From Thiotrichaceae bacterium UBA973 (GTDB lineage: Bacteria; Pseudomonadota; Gammaproteobacteria; Eutrophobiales; Eutrophobiaceae): DNA of 64,000 nucleotides. Below are positions 10,685 to 19,989 of this stretch, in pieces (within the stretch, counting starts at the first letter, position 1; the number at the start of each line of letters is the position of its first letter). Location of the stretch: the NCBI GenBank assembly GCA_002292815.1, contig DBBX01000003.1:8160-72159 (forward strand), given 5' to 3'. A model generated the notes under the pieces. That model had not been told where the DNA came from. It was given only the letters and a program-made list of their open reading frames with translations, and did no database searches. The position numbers were made by a program, and so were the translations under genes.

Positions 10685-10833
10685 TTGTCCTAGCATTCTA
10701 TTTTTTGTCCATGACAATAATATTTCTTATATTTATATATATATCATATACTTATATTATTTTTATCATTTTATTCAAATAATGGTAGTTATTTTTCCTC
10801 GACTTAATCGACATCTGTCCAGTCTTTGTCTAC
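10685..10833. promoter_or_regulatory. Candidate MerR/LitR operator elements in the divergent promoter
   Basis: TTGTCC at 10685 and 10705, the latter within the inverted repeat TTGTC-CAT-GACAA. TGTCCA (10816) and TGTCTA (10827) are 11 bp apart. Confidence 0.35.
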
Positions 10834-10866
10834 CATGGAGTCATCCAAATATGAGAATTATTAATT

Positions 10867-11859
10867 ATGACTATCTCCGCAAACCCTACTACTGAGACTT
10901 TAACTAGTTTTAAGATCGGTGCAGTTTCGCGTATTACCAATATACCGATTGATACATTACGCATTTGGGAAAGACGCTATAGCGTTGTAGTACCAATTCG
11001 TTCAAATAATTCTGATCGCCAATACCGAAACGATGATATCAATAGACTGACATTGTTAAAGATGTTGGTCGACAGAGGCCACTCTATTGGCAGCATAGCC
11101 CCACTCGCTAATGAGAAATTAATCGAACGTTTGGAAATACATGATCAAAATAAAATCCGCACAAAGTCAGATGACACAAAAAAGAACGTACGTGTCGTTG
11201 TGATTGGCGAGGTTTTATCATTACAACTTGAACATTTCGATATCGCTGAATCAGATTATAGCTTCACAGGATTGTATCGAAATGAAACTGATTACACTGC
11301 AAACAAACAAGACGATGCGATAGATGTATTGATATATGAATGTCCAGCTATACAGGGAGACCACGTTAAAGAAATTGATGCGTTATTCAAAAACTCAGGC
11401 GCAAAACAATTAATGTTGATATATGGATTCACTAATAGTGCGGCAAAGAAATTATTAAGAAAAACTGATTTTACCTATATACAAGCACCTATAACCATTG
11501 ACCATCTAAACAAAGAAATAAATGATTTAATTACAGAAAATAATATCTCTGAGGATAATAATTTTGTTTCTGACCTAGATAGTAAAGCCCCGTTAAGAAC
11601 ATATTCTAATAATGAATTAATTAAACTATCTTCCGCTTCAGCTACGATCAAATGTGAATGTCCACAGCATCTTTCAAGCATGATCCTGAAATTAATTCAA
11701 TTTGAAATATATAGTGATGAATGCGCCACCAGATTTAAAAAGGATGGTGATTTACATAAATTGCTTGGAAATTTGACAGGCCATGCCCGTTCAATAATGG
11801 AGCAGGCATTAAAAAAGGTAATAGAAGCAGAAGCAGAAACTGATAGTGTAAAACCATAA
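10867..11859 (+). CDS. MerR-family transcriptional regulator, LitR/CarH-like, with C-terminal CECPxHL motif
   Basis: IGAVSRITNIPIDTLRIWERRY...P.RS...RQY DNA-binding domain. C-terminal CECPQHL; no canonical B12-binding ExHxxG motif seen. Confidence 0.85.
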   Translation: MTISANPTTETLTSFKIGAVSRITNIPIDTLRIWERRYSVVVPIRSNNSDRQYRNDDINRLTLLKMLVDRGHSIGSIAPLANEKLIERLEIHDQNKIRTKSDDTKKNVRVVVIGEVLSLQLEHFDIAESDYSFTGLYRNETDYTANKQDDAIDVLIYECPAIQGDHVKEIDALFKNSGAKQLMLIYGFTNSAAKKLLRKTDFTYIQAPITIDHLNKEINDLITENNISEDNNFVSDLDSKAPLRTYSNNELIKLSSASATIKCECPQHLSSMILKLIQFEIYSDECATRFKKDGDLHKLLGNLTGHARSIMEQALKKVIEAEAETDSVKP

Positions 11860-11876
11860 ATTCAGGAATACATTTT

Positions 11877-12776
11877 ATGTTAAATAATAAAAAAACTTTT
11901 TACTTTTTCTGTTGGTTTATGTTGAGCTATGCCAGTGCAGTGCCGGCTAATGAATACAAACCATTTCACCCTCCCGGAAAATTTATAAATCTTGGTATGC
12001 ATGTGATGTATATCGATTGTTTTGGAGATAAGTCACCAACAGTACTAATTGATGTTGGGATTGCTGACTCTTCTGCTAATTGGCATAAACTTGCAAAAAG
12101 CCTATCAAAAGATGTCCGCACATGTATATATGACCGAGCCGGTTATGGTTGGAGTGACCCAGGTCCTGGTACAAGAACAACGGCACAAATCGTACATGAA
12201 CTTAATATGTTGCTCGAATTCGCTGAAGTTCCAGGACCTTATGTATTAGTAGGCCATTCTTTCGGAGGATTTACAGCAAGATATTTTGCTGCGACTCACC
12301 CAAATAAAATCGTCGGTGCCGTATTAGTTGATTCATCGCATCCAGATCAAATATATCGACTATCAGAACTCGATAACATAAAAAATAAACCACCTTTGAA
12401 AATAACCCGAAGAGAATTGGCACCAGCTTCTATGACTGACTTTGAAAAACGCTGGTACGCATTAAATTCGAGTAGAAAAGCAGTGTTTGCACAGATGAAT
12501 GAACTAAAATACTTTAAGCAAAGCGCGTATGAAGTAAAACACTCTGGCCCGATGTCTGATATCCCTTTGGCAATACTAACCAGGGGGAAGACTCAGTTAC
12601 CCGTGATTAATGGTGTCTCACTTGAATCAGCATGGCGTGATATGCAAAAAGATTTACTTAAACTCAGTAAAAATAGTTGGCAGTCTGTAATTAAAGATAG
12701 CGGTCATAATATTTACAAAGATGCGCCTGAGGAAGTAATCAGTAACATATTAAAAGTAGTTAATCTATCCCGATAA
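11877..12776 (+). CDS. Exported alpha/beta hydrolase
   Basis: Signal peptide; YDRAGYGWSD, GHSFGG nucleophile elbow, and SGHNI catalytic His. Confidence 0.88.
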   Translation: MLNNKKTFYFFCWFMLSYASAVPANEYKPFHPPGKFINLGMHVMYIDCFGDKSPTVLIDVGIADSSANWHKLAKSLSKDVRTCIYDRAGYGWSDPGPGTRTTAQIVHELNMLLEFAEVPGPYVLVGHSFGGFTARYFAATHPNKIVGAVLVDSSHPDQIYRLSELDNIKNKPPLKITRRELAPASMTDFEKRWYALNSSRKAVFAQMNELKYFKQSAYEVKHSGPMSDIPLAILTRGKTQLPVINGVSLESAWRDMQKDLLKLSKNSWQSVIKDSGHNIYKDAPEEVISNILKVVNLSR

Positions 12777-12795
12777 AAGAATAGTCATAACCGAC

Positions 12796-13299
12796 TTATA
12801 TTTCTCGTGAATCGTATGCCCAATGTAACAACGCTTGTCTTTGTTTTCGTCTGCATTGTAAATCATACTTTTCGCAGTTTTTTCTAATCGCACCTCTATG
12901 CCTGACAATCGCTTTCCATCGCTTAATCTGTCGATAATCTTCTTCTGGAATGCGACGACCCATATAATAACGGCAATACCACTGAAACCAGCCACGCGGG
13001 TCTTCCTCAAATATCCAGCCTTTCTTCTGCCACTCTATTAAAGGCAGTGAGGCATCAACGCCATAATAATTGAGCTGAGGATTTTTTTTGAGTGAAGATA
13101 ATTTCGCTTTCTTGAACCAACTCTCTGGAAACTCATCTTGGCAATCGGTCATATATTTTCCACCAAATATGCCAAGCGCTAACATTTCTTTGGGCTTGAG
13201 CTCAGGTTTAAAATCATGATCGAAGTTCCTGCCCACAGGTTCAATCAGAGAATAAATATAATCCGACTGCATATTATCGTTGACAATAACTTTTCTCAT
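12796..13299 (-). CDS. Conserved hypothetical protein (DPRGWFQWYCRY family)
   Basis: Motifs PKEMLALGIFGGKY, W..KGWI..EDPRGWFQWYCRYYMGRR and RQALLHWAYD. Confidence 0.75.
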   Translation of the reverse strand: MRKVIVNDNMQSDYIYSLIEPVGRNFDHDFKPELKPKEMLALGIFGGKYMTDCQDEFPESWFKKAKLSSLKKNPQLNYYGVDASLPLIEWQKKGWIFEEDPRGWFQWYCRYYMGRRIPEEDYRQIKRWKAIVRHRGAIRKNCEKYDLQCRRKQRQALLHWAYDSREI

Positions 13300-13309
13300 A
13301 AGTAGTTAT

Positions 13310-13828
13310 CTATCTGGATTGGTCAACATAAATCAATTGATCTGTGTCAAAACCTAATTCTTTTGACCTGAAAATAAATCTATCAATAATATCCTGACTA
13401 ACCGTTGGTGTTCTTGCCAATAACCATAGATAAGATCTGTTGTTGCCGGACACAAATGAATATTGATAATTTTCTTTGTCGAGTTCAAAGACGATGTAAG
13501 AACCATAAAATGGCCCGAAGAAAGATACCTTCAAATGACCTTTATCTTTAGAGCTGACAAAGTAGGCTTTACCCTCCGCCTCATTCCAGTCTTTATTCTC
13601 AGTGGAATATCCTCTGTTTATTACTTTGACACCACCATCTTCTCGTAGCGAGTATTCAGCATTAACTTTATCCAGCCCTCGTTCAAACGAATGATCGAGT
13701 CTTGCGATTTCATACCATTTTCCAAGATACTTGTTCATTTCAAAATCAGACACTGCGGTAATGCCTTCAGGCAAACCCGTACACGCACTTAAAAATAAAG
13801 AGAAAAAAAGAATTAGGAATATTCGCAT
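13310..13828 (-). CDS. blc: Outer-membrane lipocalin Blc
   Basis: Lipobox LSAC; YLGKWYEIARLDHSFERGL, LKVSFFGPFYGSY and YLWLLARTP. Confidence 0.93.
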   Translation of the reverse strand: MRIFLILFFSLFLSACTGLPEGITAVSDFEMNKYLGKWYEIARLDHSFERGLDKVNAEYSLREDGGVKVINRGYSTENKDWNEAEGKAYFVSSKDKGHLKVSFFGPFYGSYIVFELDKENYQYSFVSGNNRSYLWLLARTPTVSQDIIDRFIFRSKELGFDTDQLIYVDQSR

Positions 13829-13850
13829 ATGTCAGATTACCCGATGTAGT

Positions 13851-14204
13851 TTATTTATCTGTCCAAACAGCATATTCATTACCGTTTGGATCACTAAAAT
13901 GAAAGCGGCGACCGCCGGGAAAACAGAATATGGCTTTAAGATTCGAACCTCCAGCCTTTTCTATTTTTGATTTTGTCATGTTCAGATCATTACTATAGAA
14001 AACAATCAATGCAGCACCTTTCTTAGCTGATGAGCTTAATGCTGATTTAAAAAACCCGCCATCAATTCCTTCATTTGTGAAAGCGGTATAATCAGAGCCA
14101 TAATCGACAAATGACCAAGCAAATACTGTTGTGAAAAACTTTTTTGCAGCTTCGATATCTCTGGCTGGAAACTCAACATAATTTATTTTTTCATGTTCGT
14201 CCAT
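13851..14204 (-). CDS. VOC/glyoxalase family protein
   Basis: INYVEFPA...FPGGRRFHFSDPNGNE. Confidence 0.88.
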   Translation of the reverse strand: MDEHEKINYVEFPARDIEAAKKFFTTVFAWSFVDYGSDYTAFTNEGIDGGFFKSALSSSAKKGAALIVFYSNDLNMTKSKIEKAGGSNLKAIFCFPGGRRFHFSDPNGNEYAVWTDK

Positions 14205-14296
14205 AATGCATTTTCAGTTTAATTTAATTGAATTATTAAGGAGAGTAGATAATTATACTCTTAACTTAAAATAAACCACCAAAAGAGAGAATCATT

Positions 14297-14623
14297 ATGT
14301 CTAAAATGCAATGGACAGAGTTGAAGGATGCCCCTGTAAACGAGTTATTTGAAGGCATTCGTATGCAAACACTGATGGAAGATGAAACCGGGATTAAAGC
14401 GATGCTTGTAGAATTTGCTCCAGGCGCCTGCTGGGAAGGTGGTGATGATATCCATGAATCTAGTTCAGAAGAGGTTTATATTGCTTCCGGGGTCTTCAGC
14501 GATGGTGAACGTGATTACCCTGCTGGTACCTATATTCATATGCCTAAAGGTTCGGCGCATGTCCCTCAGTCTAAAACAGGCTGTACTGTCTTTGTCTTTT
14601 ACCCTGAAGGCAGACCTTTATAA
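14297..14623 (+). CDS. ChrR-like cupin domain protein
   Basis: H...EEVYI.SG.FSDG...YPAGTYIH.P.GS.H.P.S..GC pattern. Confidence 0.8.
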   Translation: MSKMQWTELKDAPVNELFEGIRMQTLMEDETGIKAMLVEFAPGACWEGGDDIHESSSEEVYIASGVFSDGERDYPAGTYIHMPKGSAHVPQSKTGCTVFVFYPEGRPL

Positions 14624-14632
14624 TAAATAGTC

Positions 14633-14929
14633 TTACTTTTTAAGCTTCTGTGGATTTCGGTTTGGACAAGTTTTGTCGCTACAACGATCAGGAATTGTCT
14701 TGGTGCCTTCAACGATTAGTGCACCACATTTCTTATCGCCGCGGAGGCACTTACATTTCTTTCCTGTTGGTCGTGTCTCAACATAAAAATTGCAACCTTT
14801 AGCTGAGCACCTATAGACAGGTCCAAACCGGCCACTAGCTGGCTCAAGTGTACCTTTGCCACACAGTGAGCAGCTAACACCGGTGGGTTTTAAATCATCA
14901 AACTTAGTAGCTATTGTCATTATCATCAT
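14633..14929 (-). CDS. Stand-alone tandem C4 zinc-ribbon protein (topoisomerase I C-terminal Zn-finger-like)
   Basis: CSLCGKG...GRFG..YRCS..GC.F and RPTGKKC...CG......CS...C. Confidence 0.7.
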   Translation of the reverse strand: MMIMTIATKFDDLKPTGVSCSLCGKGTLEPASGRFGPVYRCSAKGCNFYVETRPTGKKCKCLRGDKKCGALIVEGTKTIPDRCSDKTCPNRNPQKLKK

Positions 14930-14957
14930 TACTTACCGTATTTACAGTCACTAATTC

Positions 14958-15569
14958 TTAGTTTGCTTGCCAGCATGCTTCAACTAACAGTTTCTCTTTA
15001 TGGAAAACCTTGCCGATAAACTTATCACCAGAATTAATAACGCCACTACCTTTTGGTGTACCACACATTAATAAATCTCCATCTTCAAATGAAAGAAAAC
15101 TCATGGCCTCGTCCAATAACTGCTGAGGTTGATTCAACATTAATTCACAAGCACCGTCCTGAATTAAACAGTCATTTATAAACAATTCCATCCTCAACTC
15201 ACTAATGTCGCAATTAAAGGAAATAAATTCACTAAAGACAGCAGAATTATCAAATGACTTAGCCCGTTCCCATGGCAAACCCTTTGTCTTCAACTTAGCC
15301 TGAAGTTCTCTCTTTGTTATATCAATACCAAAGCCTACGCCTCGTAGTTCACTATCAATAATCATAAATGTAATTTCTCCTTCATAATGAATCACATCTG
15401 AATTACAAAGGTGTATCTCGTTAGAGATTGCTGAGTTTGGTTTTAGGAAGATAATTGGCTCTTCTGGGACTTCATTATTCAGTTCCCGAATATGTTCCAC
15501 ATAGTTTCGACCAATACAAACAACTTTTGATGGCAAGAGCTCCTTGCCGTTCCATTTTATGGATTTCAT
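14958..15569 (-). CDS. Fumarylacetoacetate hydrolase family protein (YcgM-like)
   Basis: KVVCIGRNYVEH, FLKP, HYEGE, GLPWERAKSFD and GDLLMCGTPKG. Confidence 0.9.
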   Translation of the reverse strand: MKSIKWNGKELLPSKVVCIGRNYVEHIRELNNEVPEEPIIFLKPNSAISNEIHLCNSDVIHYEGEITFMIIDSELRGVGFGIDITKRELQAKLKTKGLPWERAKSFDNSAVFSEFISFNCDISELRMELFINDCLIQDGACELMLNQPQQLLDEAMSFLSFEDGDLLMCGTPKGSGVINSGDKFIGKVFHKEKLLVEACWQAN

Positions 15570-15631
15570 TTTACTCGCTTACCGGGATGAATTGTTATAA
15601 AGGATTATAGATATCATTACTTTCCCTTTAG

Positions 15632-16069
15632 TTAACTAATGCTTTTATTATCTTCTTCTGTCTTGGTATCTTTTTTATAATTGGTGTCTTGTCGTTTGAG
15701 ATTAACAGCATGCTTCTGCTGATAAATATCGAATACTTTGTCGGCATCAAGTCCGGCACACATCATTGCGGATACCAGAAAATGTAGAATGTCGATTAAT
15801 TCAACCCGAATATTTTGCATATCAATTTCATCTTTGCTCCACCATTTCCATAACAATTCTTCATCAAGTTCAACTAATTCTTCTTTCATGGCCTTTGCAT
15901 AGTTCATTAACCATTCATTTGGTAGTTCATTAACATTCAACTTATTCTCAGCGACAGCAGCAATGATCGACTGCATATTCAGATCCTGTCCCGACTTATC
16001 TTTGAGTTTATTTTTACTAAAGACATAATCATTAAGTTCTGTCTGCATCTCGAAAATCTTATCTAACAT
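15632..16069 (-). CDS. Dimeric all-alpha dUTPase (dUTPase_2/MazG-like)
   Basis: EELVEL, WKWWS, ELIDILHFLVS and Y..KHAVN..RQ motifs. Confidence 0.85.
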   Translation of the reverse strand: MLDKIFEMQTELNDYVFSKNKLKDKSGQDLNMQSIIAAVAENKLNVNELPNEWLMNYAKAMKEELVELDEELLWKWWSKDEIDMQNIRVELIDILHFLVSAMMCAGLDADKVFDIYQQKHAVNLKRQDTNYKKDTKTEEDNKSIS

Positions 16070-16210
16070 GGTGCTCTCCGCTTTGCTATTTATGAGGGTG
16101 ACAGACTCTAGCCTGTCTTTTGATAACTTACCACGATTAGACTGCCTGACAAATCCTGTCCCGATTCGATGAATACTATATAATCGCGCTTTTTCTAGTG
16201 CTGGTGTGCA

Positions 16211-18121
16211 ATGGCTTTAATCACTTTTGGTGAGGTTTCTCTCGAATTCGGCGATCAACTCATACTCAATAATGTCAGTATGGCAGTGGAGTCGGGCGAG
16301 CGTGTCTGTCTGATAGGCCGCAACGGTACCGGTAAATCAACCTTGATCAATATTATTGCCGAGAAGATTGAGGCCGATAGCGGTGAAATCATTAAACAAT
16401 CTCATCTCAGGGTAAGCCAATTAGAACAATCTCTGCCACAGACACGAGACATAACGGTACGAGACTATGTGGCTGAAGGGCTCATTCATTTACAATTATT
16501 ACTCAAAGAGTACGAAGAGCGCTCACATCAATTCGATGATACAAATCCAGCCAGCTTACGAGAACTGGAAGACTTACAGCATCAGATCGAAGCCGAGGGT
16601 GGCTGGAATATCGATCAACGTGTCGAAACCGTTATATCCGATATAAATTTACCAGCTGAGTTAAAGCTTACTCAACTATCAGGTGGTTGGCGACGGCGAG
16701 TTGCACTTGGTAAAGCTCTTGTGAGTAACCCGCAATTATTATTACTCGATGAACCGACTAACCATCTTGATCTAAGTACTATTGAATGGTTGGAAAATCG
16801 TGTGCTCAATTTTAACGGTGCCGTCATCTTTATCACGCATGACCGGGCATTCTTGCAAAAACTGGCAACACGCATCATTGAATTGGACCGCGGTAATCTT
16901 TCCAGTTGGCCGGGAACCTATCAAGACTACCTAATGAACAAGGAAAAGGCTCTTGAAGAAGAAGCGAAAGCAAACGCTTTATTCGATAAAAAAGTAGGGG
17001 AAGAAGAGGTCTGGATTAGACAAGGCATAAAAGCGCGACGAACACGTAATGAAGGCCGAGTGCGTTCTTTAATCAGCATGCGGTCAGAAGTTGCTAAACG
17101 CTTAAAACCTCAAAACAAAGCGCGTATTACTATTGAAGAAGCCGAGCAATCGGGACGTAAGGTGATCGAAGCACACAAAATTTGTCATAGTTATGGTGAA
17201 CAGAACTTAATCGACAAACTCTCATTAAAAATCATGCGTGGTGATCGTATTGGTCTGGTGGGTAACAACGGCGTTGGTAAAAGTACTCTGTTAAAAATAC
17301 TCTTGGGTGAAATCGAACCTACTTCCGGCACGGTAAAGATTGGTACTAATCTGGAGATTGCTTACTTTGACCAATTACGTCGTAACCTTGATCCAGAGAA
17401 AACAATTGCACAGATTGTTGCCGATGGTGGTGACTATATAAAATTGAATGGTAAAGAACGTCACGTTATCGGTTATTTACGTGGCTTCCTGTTTTCTGCT
17501 AAACGGGCAATGACAAAAATAAAAGTGCTATCTGGCGGTGAGAAAAATCGTGTCATCCTGGCGAAATTATTAACGCGTCCCAGTAACTTATTAGTGTTAG
17601 ATGAGCCCACTAATGATCTTGATGTTGAAACACTGGAAGTTCTGGAAGATAGACTCATGGAATACAAGGGAACATTAATTATCGTCACGCACGATCGTGA
17701 GTTTCTCGATAACGTCGTCAGCAGTATTCTTGTATTTGAAGACTCCGGCACGATTCAAAACTATGCCGGTGGCTTTAGCGATTGGCATCGACACGGCAAA
17801 CACCTGGCTGAAATGGATAACCCGACAACAGCAAAAGAAAAAAAGAGCAAATTAATTGACGCTGATAACAAGCAAAGAAGCAATAAAAAACTAAGTTATA
17901 AATTAAAACTAGAGCTAGAGAAATTGCCTGCAAAGATAGCGGCATTAGAAAAGTCTATTTCTGGGTTGGAAGTGAAAACCAGCGCTGCTGACTTTTATGC
18001 CACGCCATATGAAGAACAACAACCGATACTTGATGAACTAAATATTAGGCATAAAGAATTGGACACAGCTATTCGCCGTTGGGATGAACTTGAAACAATG
18101 GCAAAAGAGTTACAAACATAA
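16211..18121 (+). CDS. uup: ABC-F family ATPase Uup
   Basis: Two ABC cassettes, linker EEVWIRQGIKARRTRNEGRVR, and C-terminal KKLSYK coiled coil. Confidence 0.93.
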   Translation: MALITFGEVSLEFGDQLILNNVSMAVESGERVCLIGRNGTGKSTLINIIAEKIEADSGEIIKQSHLRVSQLEQSLPQTRDITVRDYVAEGLIHLQLLLKEYEERSHQFDDTNPASLRELEDLQHQIEAEGGWNIDQRVETVISDINLPAELKLTQLSGGWRRRVALGKALVSNPQLLLLDEPTNHLDLSTIEWLENRVLNFNGAVIFITHDRAFLQKLATRIIELDRGNLSSWPGTYQDYLMNKEKALEEEAKANALFDKKVGEEEVWIRQGIKARRTRNEGRVRSLISMRSEVAKRLKPQNKARITIEEAEQSGRKVIEAHKICHSYGEQNLIDKLSLKIMRGDRIGLVGNNGVGKSTLLKILLGEIEPTSGTVKIGTNLEIAYFDQLRRNLDPEKTIAQIVADGGDYIKLNGKERHVIGYLRGFLFSAKRAMTKIKVLSGGEKNRVILAKLLTRPSNLLVLDEPTNDLDVETLEVLEDRLMEYKGTLIIVTHDREFLDNVVSSILVFEDSGTIQNYAGGFSDWHRHGKHLAEMDNPTTAKEKKSKLIDADNKQRSNKKLSYKLKLELEKLPAKIAALEKSISGLEVKTSAADFYATPYEEQQPILDELNIRHKELDTAIRRWDELETMAKELQT

Positions 18122-18126
18122 TAAAT

Positions 18127-19014
18127 ATGCAGATCGATAGACGCTATTTAATTCATGGTCTTTTACCTGCCTTCTTTTCTGCTTGCTGTTTTGCAGTCAT
18201 GGCAGTCTGCATCAAAATAGCCTCTTCTGAATTACCCGCCGTTCAATTAGTCTTTCTCCGTAGCATTATTGGCTTAATCATCATCCTGCCCTTTGTCTTG
18301 CCGAGAGGTATCGATTTCGTTAAAACCCCAGTATTACATTTACACATGCTTCGCGGCTTTATCAGTCTCTGCGCAATGACCTGTTTTTTCTATGCCATAT
18401 CACATGTCGGACTATCAGAATCAACCTTACTAAATGCCTCGTCACCATTATTCGTCGGTCTGTTAGCTTTTTCAATACTCAAAGAGAAAGTCACTAAACA
18501 TAGTGCCGTAGCCTTAGTCGTTGGTTTTATTGGTGTATGTTTTATATTAAAACCCGGTACGATATTATTTACATTCGCCGCATTGATTGGATTATGTTCT
18601 GGTTTTTTTATTGCCTGCGCAAAAATATTAGTTCGCTATATGGCAAACACAGAACCCGTCTTGCGCACTGTTTTTTACTTCAGTATTTTTTCAACTATTT
18701 ATTCAAGCATATTGATGATCTGGTTTTGGCAGACGCCAACGATGTTTGATGTGTCGATCATGGTGCTCGCAGCTATCTGTGCTACCGGCGGGCAAACACT
18801 ACTGACCTATTCCTTTACACATAATGAAGCAGTAACAGTAGCACCATTTACCTACGTAACTGTAATGATGGCGACGTTATTCGGCTGGATCGGTTGGCAT
18901 GAATTGCCGGATGTCGGCTCTAGCGTTGGAGCAATTCTAATTATTGGTTCTTGTTTGTCTCTGACAATTCAGGGCAAGTTGCCTAATCCATGGAAACAAA
19001 AACCGCCTGAATAA
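18127..19014 (+). CDS. DMT/EamA family transporter
   Basis: About 10 TM helices in two EamA repeats. Confidence 0.88.
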   Translation: MQIDRRYLIHGLLPAFFSACCFAVMAVCIKIASSELPAVQLVFLRSIIGLIIILPFVLPRGIDFVKTPVLHLHMLRGFISLCAMTCFFYAISHVGLSESTLLNASSPLFVGLLAFSILKEKVTKHSAVALVVGFIGVCFILKPGTILFTFAALIGLCSGFFIACAKILVRYMANTEPVLRTVFYFSIFSTIYSSILMIWFWQTPTMFDVSIMVLAAICATGGQTLLTYSFTHNEAVTVAPFTYVTVMMATLFGWIGWHELPDVGSSVGAILIIGSCLSLTIQGKLPNPWKQKPPE

Positions 19015-19043
19015 CAGATAGCATTCTGTTCTTAGCTAATACT

Positions 19044-19125
19044 TTATACGTCTAGAAATTAAGCTGAGAAGGAAAACCAAAGGCGATAGCCTTTGGTTTG
19101 TCCTGCTTAAACGCCTCGTTATGTC
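19044..19125 (-). mobile_element. attC-like integron cassette recombination site, nearly complete, with mutated R'
   Basis: Minus strand: ACATAAC-GAGGC-GTTTAAGC-AGGA-C-AAACCAAAGGC-TATC-GCCTTTGGTTT-TCCT-TCTCA-GCTTAAT-TTCTAGAC-GTATA. The R'' box contains the upstream ORF's stop codon; 11-bp perfect stem with bulged bases. Confidence 0.7.
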
Positions 19126-19286
19126 TCGTCTGTTGTTGCCGCTTTATCGTCGCTGCCCGTTAAAGCTTCAGCGGCCGGCGGCTGACTATCGACTGATTTT
19201 GCTTTTTGCAGGCGCTTCTCTTCCTTCTTTTTCTTTTTCGCTATTTCTTTCTGGCGCTTTTCATATGAGTAATTGGGTTTAGCCAT
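19119..19286 (-). CDS. Small basic protein, 55 aa (MAKPNYSYEKRQKEIAKKKKKEEKRLQK...), not in the ORF track
   Basis: Translated by hand; AG-rich RBS. N-terminus matches a recurrent proteobacterial small-protein type. Confidence 0.75.
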   Translation of the reverse strand: MAKPNYSYEKRQKEIAKKKKKEEKRLQKAKSVDSQPPAAEALTGSDDKAATTDET

Positions 19287-19381
19287 TCGTTTTCTCTTCT
19301 ATATAATTAGGATTGGTGCAGTTAAAACACAGCATATTTCAACTGATTGCGCTCTTCTGCATGGTAGTTTAACAGACATAG

Positions 19382-19701
19382 TTAGTTTTGGTTAAGACCA
19401 AGTTCCTTCTGCTTTTTCTTGGTTAGGCCTAAAGAAACAATGCGGCAAGATTCTTTGAGATAATATTCAAGTCCATCATCCTCAGTAACCGGCATATCGA
19501 ACCATTGCATCCACTTCATTCCGCGAAAAGAAAAGTAAGGCGCTGGCCGATAACCGCGCTCGTCACTGAGAAAAAGAAAATAGAACTCAGACGTTTTAAA
19601 TAAGAATGCAGGTTTATCAGACTTTTTTCCGCCTCCAATTGCACATACCTTTCCCCTACTTTCTACACATGTGAACCTCCCCACTGAATAACGTATGCAG
19701 T
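19382..19701 (-). pseudogene. MmcQ/YjbR family protein, 5'-truncated, with a nonsense mutation and a frameshift
   Basis: One frame reads TAYVIQWGGSHV*KVG (TAG at 19663-19665). It shifts near 19652-19656 into KVCAIG...FKTS...RPAPYF..RGMKW...LGLTKKKQKELGL. Confidence 0.8.
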
Positions 19702-19704
19702 GAG

Positions 19705-19726
19705 CGGCTACAGGCGCTTGTTCGGG
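19705..19726 (-). mobile_element. 5' fragment (R''-L'') of a second attC-like site
   Basis: CCCGAAC-AAGCG-CCTGTAGCCG lies just after the thioredoxin-like gene stop and is fused into the truncated mmcQ-like gene. Confidence 0.45.
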
Positions 19727-19737
19727 CATGTTTTATT

Positions 19738-19980
19738 TCACTGGGTCATTAACAACCACTCTTTTATTCTGTTCTTATCGGGAACAGATCCTGAGTGCAT
19801 CAGGCGGTTGTCTATAACCACTGCCGGCGTGCTCATTACACCATGCTTGAGTATGACTTCGGGACTAGACTCCTTGATGACACGAACCGGAATTCCACAA
19901 TCATTGGCAACCGCCTGAATAAGTTCAGCGGTCTTAACGCATTTTGCACACCCACTACCAAGCACTTCAATTTCTTTCAA
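19738..19980 (-). CDS. Small redox-active disulfide protein (thioredoxin_3/MTH895 family)
   Basis: IEVLGSGCAKC and GVMSTPAVVID motifs. Confidence 0.88.
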   Translation of the reverse strand: MKEIEVLGSGCAKCVKTAELIQAVANDCGIPVRVIKESSPEVILKHGVMSTPAVVIDNRLMHSGSVPDKNRIKEWLLMTQ

Positions 19981-19989
19981 GAATCCCCC

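Noticed and set aside
19382..19729. Track ORF MPEQAPVAAH... as an intact 115-aa protein
   Set aside because: Its N-terminus is read from the attC stub and the wrong frame; the family-like N-terminal sequence is in another frame with a stop.
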